In this document: one piece after another, positions 25,379 through 35,849 of the stretch
Layout: each line of letters opens with the position of its first letter
Numbering within the stretch: the first letter of the stretch is position 1
Source of the DNA: Isurus oxyrinchus
Lineage: Eukaryota
Reading direction: 5' to 3'
NCBI GenBank assembly: GCA_026770705.1
Contig: JANJGN010000071.1
Coordinates: 2,294,001-2,358,000, forward strand
DNA: 64,000 nucleotides
Translations under genes and position numbers: made by a program
The notes under the pieces: generated by a model
Told to the model about the DNA's origin: nothing
Database searches by the model: none
Seen by the model: the letters and a program-made list of their open reading frames with translations, nothing else

Positions 25379-25508
25379 CGGTAATGGCTCTGGCCAGTGT
25401 CGGCTTGGATTCTGCACTCAGGTGCCTGGTGTGAGGCTCAATAACATGAATCTTGTAATCAGAGAGAGGATGAGAGAGAGAGAGAGAGATGAAGGGTCAG
25501 AGACTGAG

Positions 25509-26266
25509 CGTTATGAATCTATTAATGCATGTATTGTAATTGGAAATTGTCTTTTTAAACAGCGGTTTAGTCTGTGGGTGTGTGTGTGTGTGTTTTAATT
25601 GGATTAAAGACAGCCGGTCTGAGTACTTTTATGTATAGTAGTTTTGAGATGTAAACAAAGAGGTAAAGAGGCATATTGCATTTTTAAAAGGAGGATTCAA
25701 AGCCTGGGAGTGAATTCTTAAACCAATCAATGTTTATATTACTAATAAAATTGATACTATGAAACGGGATTTATAGTTAGAAGAGATGGAGGTCAAAGGT
25801 CCTGATGATACAATGAGAATTTACATTCAAAGAGAAGAGCTGGGTATAACTTGAGCAGTTTTGTGTGTGCAGAGCAGAGGCTTGTAACATCAAAGCAGCT
25901 GTAAGCCTACACCTGTCTGCAAAGGAACCAAAGTGAAAGGAACCTCATTTGGAATTTCTGAGGTGAAAATGCTTCGCTTGGAATCTGCTTAAAGTCTATG
26001 GGTTGTCTTAGAGGACGTTAGTTTGGGAATTTGTTAAATAGTTATGATAATACTAGTTTGTAGCCATGTGCATATGATTAACTTGTGAAAATTAATAAAT
26101 GTCTCATGTAGTTTGATATAAACCCATCTCAAGAACTGATGGTCTTATTCCTGAATTTAGAGCTGCATCTCAAACATTCCACTGGGAAATATAGGTTATG
26201 ACAGTTGTTTAAAGTTTCCCTCTGGGATTTTAAACAACAGCCTTTACCAGTTGCTGTGTCATAACA
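25509..26266 (+). mobile_element. Solo LTR-like element in the Siglec tail intron
   Basis: Similar to 21057..21885, ends ATAACA; absent from the paralogous gene B intron. Confidence 0.7.
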
Positions 26267-26401
26267 GAGAGACAGCATGATACTGAACCATTGCTGACTC
26301 CACAGGTACAAATCAGTGGGTAACTGGGCTGGGAATCTGGGACATGTGTTGTCTACACACTGAGATTGAAGCTTTGGAGTGAGTGTAAACAGCTCCTGTA
26401 C

Positions 26402-26483
26402 CTGGTGTTTCACAGAGAGTGGACTGGGGGTCAATGCAATGTCACTGGTCCCTGAAACTCTCTCCTCCATCGCTGTCTTTCTC
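26402..26483 (-). CDS. Siglec membrane-proximal cytoplasmic exon, orphan copy (RKTAMEERVSGTSDIALTPSPLSVKHQ)
   Basis: 82 bp, phase 2-0, paralog of 48476..48557; no TM exon seen upstream of it. Confidence 0.8.
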
Positions 26484-26614
26484 CTGTAATAACAAAATAT
26501 CACACTGTGGTTATCATATAGCAGAGAGTCAGTGTAGCACAGACACAGAGCCCACTGTAATCTTAGACCAACGACTGGGACTGTCTCTTTAAATCAGTTC
26601 TATACAAAGCACAG

Positions 26615-27075
26615 AATCAAGAAGCTTGACACCATCCAGGACAAAGCAGCCCGATTGATCTACACCCCATCCCCCACATTAAACATTCACTCCCTCCACA
26701 ACGAACACACAGTGGAAGCAGTGTGTGTACCATCTACAAGATGCACTGCAGCAACTCAGCAAGGCTCCTTCAACAGCACCTTCCAAACCCACGACCTCTA
26801 CCATCTAGAAGGACAAGGGCAGCAGACACATGGGAACACCACCACCTGGAAGTTCCCCTCCAAGCCACTCACCATCCTGACTTGGAAATATATCATCGTT
26901 CCTTCACTGTCACTGGGTCAAAATCCTGGAACTCCCTCCCTAACAGCACTGTGGGTGTACCTACACCACATGGACTGCAGCGGGTCAAGAAGGCTGATCA
27001 CCACCACCTTCTCAAGGGCAATTAGGGATGGGCATTAATGCTGGCATCACCAGTGACAGCCACATTCGATGTAAG
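26615..27075 (+). mobile_element. LINE 3' fragment (same family as 340..660)
   Basis: KLDTIQDKAA..TIYKMHCSNS..KSWNSLPNSTVG..HHHLLKGN. Confidence 0.85.
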
Positions 27076-27402
27076 AATTAAAAATCTCACAGCTCAATGT
27101 ATTTATTGGGATCCTCCTGCACACACGCCCTGTCGAAGGAGCCTTTGTGGTTCCATTGTTAATCGAAGCAGATCAGACTTACTGCAACTACTTGCATTTA
27201 TATAGGACCTTTAATGTAGCAAAATGTCCCAAGGCTCATCCGGGAATTGTTAGTCACATCTTCACCTGACTCTGAGGCACATGAGGAGATATAAGGGACA
27301 GGAGACCAACAGCTGAGTCAACAAAGTCAGTTATTAACGGGCATCTTAAAGGAGGAGCTGGAGATAGAGAATGAGTGACAGACACAGAAAGAAAGACAAA
27401 GA

Positions 27403-27441
<39 letters not shown>

Positions 27442-27638
27442 TGAATCTCCATCCCCAGTGGCTCAGCATCCAGTCCTCTCTGGAGAAGCATTTCATTCCA
27501 AACCACAGCAACCGCAGCCCAATCGCATCCCTTCCTCCCTCTCTCCCCCTCTCCCCCAGTGGGTTGTTTCCTGTTCCCAGGAATCTCAATCACTACCCCC
27601 ACCCTCACACCTCCTCACTCCCACTCCCCATTTCTCAT

Positions 27639-27887
27639 TCAGTTATGCTCGAACCTGATCTGTGCGTATTCCGTCTCCTCTTCCCTGTGGACAGACCCAT
27701 CATCACTGGACATCCTCAATACTTGGGGATTGGCGTAGAGAAGGCCGTTGGGATTGTCGATGTGCCAATGTCCAGCATCGCCTCCCAATGCACCTTCAGA
27801 GAGACCCCGGGGAGCTGGGGTCTCCCCCTCACTAGTTGTGTCTCTGGTTGTGTTCCGGGGCTCAGTAATCAGCACGTTCTGTTTACC
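27639..27887 (-). CDS. Siglec terminal cytoplasmic exon (LLYANP, TEYAQI), downstream of the hepcidin-like exons
   Basis: 249 bp, phase 0 acceptor, stop codon, AATAAA at 27102-27107. Confidence 0.88.
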   Translation of the reverse strand, partial: GKQNVLITEPRNTTRDTTSEGETPAPRGLSEGALGGDAGHWHIDNPNGLLYANPQVLRMSSDDGSVHREEETEYAQIRFEHN

Positions 27888-28034
27888 CTACAGAGAAATG
27901 GAAACAGAAGACATCCTCACATTATTTACTGGCACTGATAGGGTTAAATTATTGAGCAGCCTCATTAGTGTCAGTCTTGTCTCAGTGGGTTTAACCCTCT
28001 CTCTCATGTCATCTGAAAGAAACCACCTATGGCA

Positions 28035-28440
28035 GTGCAGTGCTCCCTCAGTACTGACCCCCCCGACTGTGCAGCACATCCTCAATAGTGACCTCACACT
28101 CCCTCTGTACAGTGCAGCACTTCCTTAGCACTGACCCTCCAACAGTGCAGCACTCCCATAACACTGACCCTCTGACAGTGCAGCACTCACTCAGTACTGA
28201 CCCTCCATCAGTGCAGCACTCCCTTAGCCCTGACCCTCTGACAGTGCAGCACTCCCTCAGTACTGACCGTCTGACAATGCAGCACCCCCTCAGTACTGAC
28301 CCTCCGACTGTGCAGTCCCCCGCCGGTACTGACCCTCTGACAGTGCAGCACTCCAAGACTGACCGTCTGACAATGCAGCACCCCCTCAGTACTGACCCTC
28401 CGACTGTCCTGCCCCCCCGCCGGTACTGACCCTCCGACAG
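28035..28440. repeat. 30-bp minisatellite array at the Siglec/hepcidin-like junction
   Basis: Tandem 30-mers; similarity to the Siglec intron ends here. Confidence 0.95.
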
Positions 28441-29973
28441 CTCGGTAATTTCTCAATTATGCCTGGTGGTCCTTTTAACTCAGAGCTGAGAGTTGCAGAG
28501 AATCGAGCACACATCCTGAACTGACACTTGCAGGGCAAGTACTGGGAGCGCGCTGGTCATTATCATGCTGCTGTCTGTGGGATCTTACTGTGCGCCAATG
28601 GCTGATTCTTTTCCCACAGTACATCAGTGACCTCACATGAAAGAAAAAAAGCACTTGATTGTCTGCGAAACACTTTGGGACGTCCTGATGTGTTGGAAGG
28701 CGCTAGAGAAATGCAAGTCCTCTTTGTCTTTCACTTGATCCTCTAAGGTGTCTGTTGATTAACCAGCCTCTCGGTGTTTGATGTAGGCCTGGTTATAAAC
28801 AGTTAGAAGGATCAAATATCAAAAGTGCTTTGGCTGACAGTCAAACCGATTGTGCATTCGGAGAGATTAGATACGGTCTGCACACAATGACTCCAGTCTC
28901 TGGCACTGACTGCCGCCTGGGGTCTCCCTTCCACATAACACTCACAACTTGCATTTACACAGCGCCTCTGATATTGCAAAATGTCCCAGCCCACATTACC
29001 GGAGCGTAAATCAGAGAGAAGTCTAACACTGAGTCACATATGGAGATATTAGGGATAGGTGACCAAAAGCTTGGTCAAAGATGTCAGTTTTTAAGGAGCG
29101 TCTTAAAGGAGAGAGAGAGAGAGAGGCAGAGAGGTTAAGGGAGGGTATTCCGGAGCTCAGGGCCCCAGGCAGCTGAAGGCACGGCCACCAATGGTGGAGC
29201 GATGGGAATCAGGGGGACCCGGGAGATGCAGTAATGTCAGAGATTTTGGAGGAACATCGGGACCGGAGGAGGTGTTCTCCTGCTCCATATCTCTCTCTCT
29301 CTTCCTCTCATCCACTCCTCCTCTCCCTGTCTCTCTCTCTCCTACTCTTCCTCTCAATTGCCCTCTCTCCCAATCTTTCTCTCCTCTCTCCCTTTTCCTG
29401 TCTCTCTCCCTCTCTCTCCCCTGTCTCCTTCTCCCACTCTGTATCTCTCCCTCTCTCTCACACTATTTTTGTAACTTTCGCTCACTCTGTAACTCTCCCT
29501 TTCCTGTTAATTTCTCTCTCTTGGACAATCTCTCTTCCCTTTTCACTTTCCCTCACTCTGCATCTCTTCTTTAATTTCTCCCTCTGTCACTCTCTCCCAC
29601 CTATGTTCTTTCCCTTTCACCCCTCCCTGTCCCACTCTCTGTCTCTCTCTTCCAATCCCTCCCTCCCCCATTCCATCCCTCTCTCCGACTCTCGACTCCC
29701 AGCCTCTCTTTAACCCACTCCCAGGCTGGATCAGTCTCCCTCTCACTATTCCCGGCGTGGGTTACATTTAAAATTCCTGTGGGGATATGTTCACTTCCTT
29801 GGAATTGCCTCTTCCCAGCTTTGCAAAAAAATTGAGGGGGGGTTCGATTTCAAACATGCCTCCTGAGTATAACCGAGACAGACTGCCACTGAAATCAGCT
29901 TGAAATCAGAAAACTTTCTGTGGAAGAAACGAGCAGGGAGAAACCTTAAAATAAGGAATGAATTTCCACCTAC

Positions 29974-30030
29974 CGTGTCCGGGGAATCCACAGATTTCTC
30001 AATCGTCGAAGAACCTAAAGCAGTGTCAAC
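29974..30030 (-). CDS. HAMP: Hepcidin-like exon 2 (prodomain VDTALGSSTIEKSVDSPDT)
   Basis: 57 bp, acceptor ctttctttttgcag, donor ACG|GTAGGT, phase 0-0; size, phase and an E-x-SVDS motif resemble hepcidin exon 2. Confidence 0.65.
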
Positions 30031-30132
30031 CTGCAAAAAGAAAGAATTTATCAGGGAGAAAGTGAGAGGAGGATTGAGGGAGAGGGAGAGAGAGAGAGAG
30101 AGAGGTACAGGAGAGAGAGGGGGAGGAGGACA

Positions 30133-30430
30133 GACTTGCATTTCTCTAACGCCTTTCACCACATCCCAAAGCATTTCACAGCCACTGAAGGATGTTTTTG
30201 AAGTGCACTCACACTGTAGGAAATGTGGCAGCTGATTTGTGCACAGCAAGATCCCACAAATAGCAATGTGATCATGGCCTAGATCATCTGTTTTTGGTGA
30301 TGTTGGTTGAGGGATAAATATTGGTCCCAGGACACCGGGGAGAACACCCCCTGCTCTTCCTCCAAATAGTGGCTGTGGGATCTTTCACACCCGCCGAGAG
30401 GGCAGACGGGGGACTCAGTTTAATGTCTCA
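30133..30430 (-). mobile_element. Deu-domain SINE (SacSINE1/AmnSINE1-like)
   Basis: Reverse complement of ggtgtcctgggaccaatatttatccctcaaccaacatcac...cacattgctatttgtgggatcttgctgtgcacaaat and an L2-type tail. Confidence 0.75.
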
Positions 30431-30442
30431 TTCAACATTGAT

Positions 30443-30655
30443 GTGCTCCCTCAGTACTAACCCTTTGACACTGCAGCACTCCCTCAGTACTGACCCTCCG
30501 ACAGTGCAACACTTCCACAGTACTGACCCTGTAACAATGCAGCACTTCCTCAGTACTGACTTCCGACAGTATAGCACTCACTCAGTACTGTCCCTCCAAT
30601 AGTGCAACACTTCCACACTACTGACCCTCTGACAGTGCAGCACTCCCTCAGCACG
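30443..30655. repeat. 30-bp minisatellite array
   Basis: Same unit as 28035..28440. Confidence 0.9.
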
Positions 30656-30719
30656 GAGTGTTGACCTACGTTATGGGACTGAATTCCCTGGAGTGAGACT
30701 CAGACCAGAGATTTAGGTA

Positions 30720-31460
30720 GGGTTGTTCCGGCTGGAGGAGGTTACAGAGATAGGGAGGGTTGTAGAGGCTGTAGGAGGTAACAGAGATAGGGAGGATTCT
30801 AGAGGCTGTAGGAGGTTACAGAGATAGGGAGGGTTGTAGGGGCTGTAGGAGGTTACAGAGATAGGGAGGTGAGTAGGGGCTGTAGGAGGTTAAAGAGATG
30901 GGGGGGTTGTGGGGGCTGGAGGAGGTTACAGAGGTAGGGAGGGTTGTAGAGGCTGGAGGAGGTTACCAAAATAGATACTGTTGTAGGGGCCACAGTAGGT
31001 TACAGAGATAGGGAGAGTTATAGTGTGGAGAGGACGTTATAGAGTTCATGAGCATTGTAGGGGCTGGAGGAGGTTACAGTGATTCTGAGGGTCGTGGGGC
31101 CTGGAGGAGGTTACAGAGATAGGGAGGGTTGTAGGGTCTGGAGGAGGTTACAGAGATAGGGAGGGTTGTAGGGGCTGGAGCAGGTTACAGAGATAGGGAG
31201 GGTTGTAGGGTCTAGAGGAGGTTACAGTGATCATGAGGGTTGTGGGGCCTGGGGGAGGTTACAGAGATAGGTAGGGTTGTAGGGGCTGGAGGAGGTAACA
31301 GAGATAGGGACAGTTGTAGGGGCTGGAGGAAGTTACAGAGATAGGGAGGGTTGTAGGGGCTGGAGGAGGTTACAGAGATAGGGAGGGTTGTAGGGGCTGG
31401 AGGAGTTTACAGAGATAGGGAGGGTTGTACGGGCTGGAGGAGGTTACAGAGATAGGGAGT
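30720..31460. repeat. ~34-bp G-rich minisatellite (GGCTGGAGGAGGTTACAGAGATAGGGAGGGTTGTA)
   Basis: About 20 tandem units; inverted copies at 32203-32425. Confidence 0.95.
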
Positions 31461-31660
31461 CGCTGAGGAGGGATTGAAAACAAGAATGAGAATTTCAGGG
31501 GAAACGACAGAAGGAAATGATGTTAAATTCATAGAGGGCGACAATATTAAAGGCACGAACATAATAATATCAACCTGCAGAAGAGACCAGTCTATCTGGG
31601 TGGTAGACGTAGAGTCATGTGCAAGAAACACCTCACCCAGAGGGACATCTCTTAGCTTAC

Positions 31661-31753
31661 CCTCGACAAGGAGAAGAAGTGACTCAGCTGCAGGGAGAGC
31701 AGCAAAGTCAGAGTGAACAAGACAAGTCGCCATTTCATCTGGGAGCTTCCCAT
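31661..31753 (-). CDS. HAMP: Hepcidin-like exon 1, signal peptide MGSSQMKWRLVLFTLTLLLSLQLSHFFSLSR
   Basis: 93 bp from ATG to AGG|GTAAGC (phase 0), hydrophobic core; resembles human HAMP exon 1 (MALSSQIWAACLLLLLLL..., 30 codons, phase 0); HAMP is adjacent to MAG and CD22 in mammals. Confidence 0.7.
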
Positions 31754-31822
31754 CTCTGCCTGTCTCTTCTGATCTTCTGGCTCTGCTTTGATGCTTTGGT
31801 TTGTAACTAGAGGAGCTTCCTG

Positions 31823-32040
31823 CTCTTATACCTGAAACACTTGAAGGGGACAGCCGGGGGCGGGTTGCTGTGTGGTATCACACCCATTTCTGGATATTGC
31901 AGTGTCGATGTTCCCTGTCCCACTGGCCTGGGACCAGCAGTAAGGTCACTGGGACATTGACTGTCTGGCGCCGAGAACTATCAGTCCCTCCGCAACGCCC
32001 TTCACCTTGTGCAAATATGTGTTCATATTGACGCAACACA
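31823..32040 (-). promoter_or_regulatory. Hepcidin-like promoter: TATA box, BMP/Smad element, C/EBP-like and FoxA-like sites
   Basis: TATAAGAG at 31823-31830, 70 nt upstream of the ATG; GGCGCC (31967-31972) abutting GTCT/AGAC (31963-31966); TTGTGCAA, GCAAATA and TTGACGCAA at about 32007-32036. Confidence 0.65.
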
Positions 32041-32202
32041 ACATAGCAAAAACAGAGGGGCTGGTTCTTATGTCGGCAAATCAGGTGAAGCGCACGCCCC
32101 CTAACCCCTTACTCCTCTCATTGCTACACTTACTATTTTACAAATTGTGTGCGTTGCTTTTATTTTGGACAAGGGGCCTCGAGGGGGAACTGATTTACAA
32201 TT

Positions 32203-32425
32203 TGTAACCTCCTCCAGCCCCTACAACCCTCCCTATACCTGTAACCTCCTCCAGCCCCTACAACCCTCCCTATCTCTGGAACAGCTTCCAGCACCTACAA
32301 CCCTCCCTATCTCTGTAACCTCCTCCAGCCCCTACAACACTCCTTATCTCTGTAACCTCCTCCAGCCCCTACAACCCTCCCTATCTCTGTAACCTCCTCC
32401 AGCCCCTGTAACCCTCCCCATCTCT
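32203..32425. repeat. Inverted copy of the ~34-bp minisatellite
   Basis: TGTAACCTCCTCCAGCCCCTACAACCCTCCCTATCTC units. Confidence 0.9.
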
Positions 32426-32807
32426 TGAAGGGTTCTCAAAATTTCCAACTGTCAAGGAACCCTGGGTTGGTGAGCGTGACCCCTGACCTCTCCTAGTGCA
32501 ATTTAGTTAGGGTTTGGGGGTGGGACAAGGGTAAGGGCATTAGTAGCGTGATTCTCCCTCGTTATGCCGTGTGTTCCCCATTCTTAACTCAGTGTACTTT
32601 GTAAGTCTGTATAATCTCAGTGTCATCCTAATGTTAGAAGTTCATTTGTGACTTCAGTAAACTCAGTTTTTGTCTTGCACCAAAACCAGTTGTCTGCTGC
32701 ACTTTGTGACAAGCCCCGAATAAGTCCAAGGTCTAGAACCCAGGGAGTGGGAGTGATTCAGATGGCTCAGAAGTCGCAGGTGAAGCTGACACACACCACC
32801 ACACCCT

Positions 32808-33090
32808 ACAAGGGGCTGAATGGCCTCCTCCTGTTCCTGTGTAATGGGCTTCAGTGGCTGAATGGCCTCCTCCTGTTCCTGTATAACGGACATAAGTGGC
32901 AGAATGGCCTCCTCCTGTTTCTGTGTAACAGTCTTGAGGGGGCTGAATGGCCTCCTCCTGTTCCTGTGTAACAGTCTCGAGGGGACTGAATGGCCTCCTC
33001 CTGTTCCTGTGTAACAGGCTTGAGGGGGCTGAATGGCCTCCTCCTGTTCCTGTGTAACAGGCTCAAGGGGCTGAATGGCCTCCTTCTGCA
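32808..33090 (+). repeat. ~40-bp tandem repeat derived from a CR1-type 3' tail
   Basis: About 7 units of GGGGCTGAATGGCCTCCTCCTGTTCCTGTGTAAC; compare the CR1 tail at about 5312-5345. Confidence 0.85.
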
Positions 33091-33099
33091 CTGTAAACT

Positions 33100-33365
33100 T
33101 GTTGTGATACTGTAACTGCCTCTTTGGTTTCATTCAGCTGAATCTTCAGCTCTTCAGTCTCTTCCTTGTATCTCTTGCCTTCCTCCTGGAACATTGGACA
33201 TGGTTGGGTCTTCCCTGCCAACTGTTTCTTCAGTTTGCTCAGAGCGGCACAGAATTCGCTTTCTTTCTCTTCAGGATTTTCCAGTGGAACCAACTCTGAC
33301 CTGAGGGACACTTGCAGCCTGTGAGGATGCTTCAATTCTTCAAACTCATTCCGAGATACACTCTC
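33100..33365 (-). pseudogene. Coiled-coil gene fragment, UACA/ANKRD24/RAI14-like
   Basis: VPLENPEEKESEFCAALSKLKKQLAGKTQ...EEGKRYKEETEELK resembles the UACA-family coiled-coil repeat as recalled; no own start or clear splice sites. Confidence 0.5.
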
Positions 33366-34462
33366 ATATTCCCCCAGCAACTCAGCAACTCCTCCAGTGA
33401 AACATTTCAGAGCAGCTGAGCTTGGTTTTCTGGAACCAGTCTCGGCCCAGAAGACTAGGGCCCTCACCTGTCGCTATGATCACTGGAAGCTGGGCTGTCT
33501 GCTGCCTGTAGGACACAGGTACTGGGATGAGGTCCTTTCCCTGTATGGATTCTCCAGTGTGTGTCTTCAGCTGATCCATTGTTGGCTCTAAATTCAGCGT
33601 CTGGGTTCCTTCATTTAGCTGTTTAAATGTGGGCTCTTCCACCACTGTGTCTGAGGCTCCCGTATCTGCCCCATTACTAGTGGCTGCCCATTCACTTGGG
33701 TTGTGATGGTTATAGGTTCAGTTTTTACCGCTGTGACATTGGACAGGGAATAGACATCGGTATCAGCAGCTTCAGGCTCTGTGATATTATTCACTTCCAT
33801 CATGTTGGTGCACTGTCTGATGGGCTGTCTCGATTTCACCCTGCATTGCTTTATTACCCACCCCTTTCTTGTGGCAGTGATGGCATTCTGCTCCCTTGAA
33901 CCTGCAGGTGTCCGGTACGAGCTCACTCCCCCCCACATCGAGAACAGGCCAACTTCGGAGTTGCTGCTGAAATACTCCCACGAAGCCTTTTAGTTTCTGG
34001 AGCGGCAGAGACTGTCTCTCGCTTGGCGGCTGTCTCTCTCTCTCTCTCTCCAGTTTGAGCCTCACGCCCGGTGGTTGTTTCCTGTCCCAGCTGAGGACTG
34101 GCGCCATGTTGCACATCCTGTAAATCCCGCCAGTCTCTCCCAGCACTTTCCATGCCTGGCGCTATTTCCATGGTGCGCTTCAAATCGATGTCGGCTTCTG
34201 CGAGTAAACGGCTCTGAATGGCGTTGGGGTGAACGACACAAACCAATCGGCCCCGCAACATGTCATTGAGTGTGTCTCCGAGGTCCCAGTGCTCAGTCAC
34301 CTGCTTCCACTTCACTGTATAGGTTGCGATGGACTCACCCGGCGCCCTTACTCTGGAGTTAAACTTAAACCTTTTCATTATTACCCACGGCTTCAGCTGA
34401 AAACACATCTTCATGAGGTCGACTAATTGGTGAAAAGATTTAGAATTGGGTGCAATGCACGT
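33366..34462 (-). mobile_element. Ty3/Gypsy gag-protease fragment
   Basis: KRFKFNSRVRAPGESIATY..LNDMLRGRLVC..IQSRLLAE; zinc-knuckle CSRCGG..CHHCHKKG; protease region VNGQPLVM..GPSLLGRDW. Confidence 0.9.
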
Positions 34463-34726
34463 CACTGTCTTCAGCTCTGAGACTGTCAATCCTCACCAAA
34501 CAATTCTTCCCTTCCAAGTCGCCGATTATTTTAGCACGTCCCACGAATGTGGGATCTTTGGTGTATGTGATGGTATATTTCCATCTATACCAATATTTAT
34601 ACCAAGCTCCGTGCAGTGCTGTGTAAGAGTGGGAAGGAAAGTCAAAGCTACACGGAATAACCACACAAGAGCTGCTGATGGCCCTCCGAGGCAGCGCCTT
34701 CATAGACCATCCCTCTGACTTGACTC
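34463..34726 (-). pseudogene. Gene C: MAG/sialoadhesin-like V-set exon truncated by Gypsy sequence
   Basis: Acceptor ctttcag, phase 1; SCVVIPCSFDFP..LHGAWY..FVGRAKIIGDLEGKNCLVRIDSLRAEDS then runs into gag before the F-strand Arg. Confidence 0.85.
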
Positions 34727-34789
34727 CTGAAAGGCAACAAGGGAGGGGACTGAACATCAAAAAGCAGAATATTACTTCAATGGAGAGAA

Positions 34790-35226
34790 GTATGCGGTAC
34801 AGAGGGATCTGGGTGTCCATGTACATGAATCACAGAAAGTCAGCATTCAGGAACACCACGGAATGAGGAAGGCAAGTGGAATGTTGGCCTTTATTGCAAA
34901 GGGATGGAGTATAAAAGGAGGGGCGTCTTGCTACAACTGTACAGGGCGTTGGTGAGATTGTATCAGGAGCAGTGTGTACAGTTCTGGTCTCCTTACTTAG
35001 GGAGGGATAGACTCTGCATTGGAGGCAGCTCAGAGGAGGATCACTGGGCTGATTCCTGGGATGAAGGGGGTTTGTCTTATGAGGAAATGTTGAGCAGGTT
35101 GGGCCCTGTATCCATTGGAGTTTAGAAGAATGAGAGGTGATCTTATTGAAACATATAAGATTCTGAGGTGGTGGGGGGTTTGACAGGGTGGATGCTGAGG
35201 GGATGTTACCCCTTGTGGGGGAATCC
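34790..35226 (+). mobile_element. CR1 LINE fragment
   Basis: MEYKRRGVLLQLYRALVRLYQEQCVQFWSPYL. Confidence 0.9.
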
Positions 35227-35540
35227 TGTGAAGCAATAAGGATGTTTTACTGCATTAAAGGTGCTGTATAAATGCACTGTCATTCCTATTGAAACAAGCT
35301 CTCTGATGCACAAACAGAAAATGCTGGAAAAACTCAGCAGGTCTGACAGCATCTGTGGAGAGAGAAACAGAGTTGGTGTTTCGAGTCCGTATGAGGCTTT
35401 TGCTTTTGCTATATTCTCTGACTCGCTATTCACTCACTCTCTGTGTGATCACTAACCCTGTTCTCTAAAATTAAATGTTCACTTCCTCACTCCAGGAAAG
35501 AATCCAATTCCCTGAGTTCCGATCAGTAATGAATTTGTAC

Positions 35541-35586
35541 CTTGCAGCAAGCTGATGAAGATCACTATCAGACCGACCTCTCCCAT
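35541..35586 (-). CDS. Gene C leader exon (MGEVGLIVIFISLLQ, phase 1)
   Basis: Acceptor at 35601, ATG in GAAGATGG context, donor CAAG|GTACAA, in frame with the exon starting at 34726. Confidence 0.8.
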
Positions 35587-35849
35587 CTTCAGTTCCTCAT
35601 CTAAATGGAAATGATAAAGACAGAGACTTTTTCAGAAATTGTCCCCAGTGTTTCTTCCTCAAACAACAACTTGTGGTTAAATGGCACCTTTCAGTGAGTT
35701 AAACAGCCCCAGGGAATAAACTAATGTCAAGACAAGGAAGGAGAGATTGAGAAGGGACATCGCAAACCGATTCACCAAACACGGCAAAAATTCATTGTTC
35801 CCTCAATCCCTGTGCTGGGTGTCCAGCTTTTTCTCTCAGTGAGTTTAGT

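Noticed and set aside
28812-28994. Cys-containing ORF as the missing hepcidin exon 3
   Set aside because: No furin RxxR site, no CC-x-CC pattern, no good acceptor, and partly L2-tail derived
31407-31733. 108-aa ORF with a hydrophobic VDIIMFVPLIL stretch as a TM exon or alternative exon 2 (acceptor at about 31575)
   Set aside because: It is out of frame with the signal-peptide reading, has no convincing donor and runs into minisatellite; an alternative short 3' exon cannot be fully excluded
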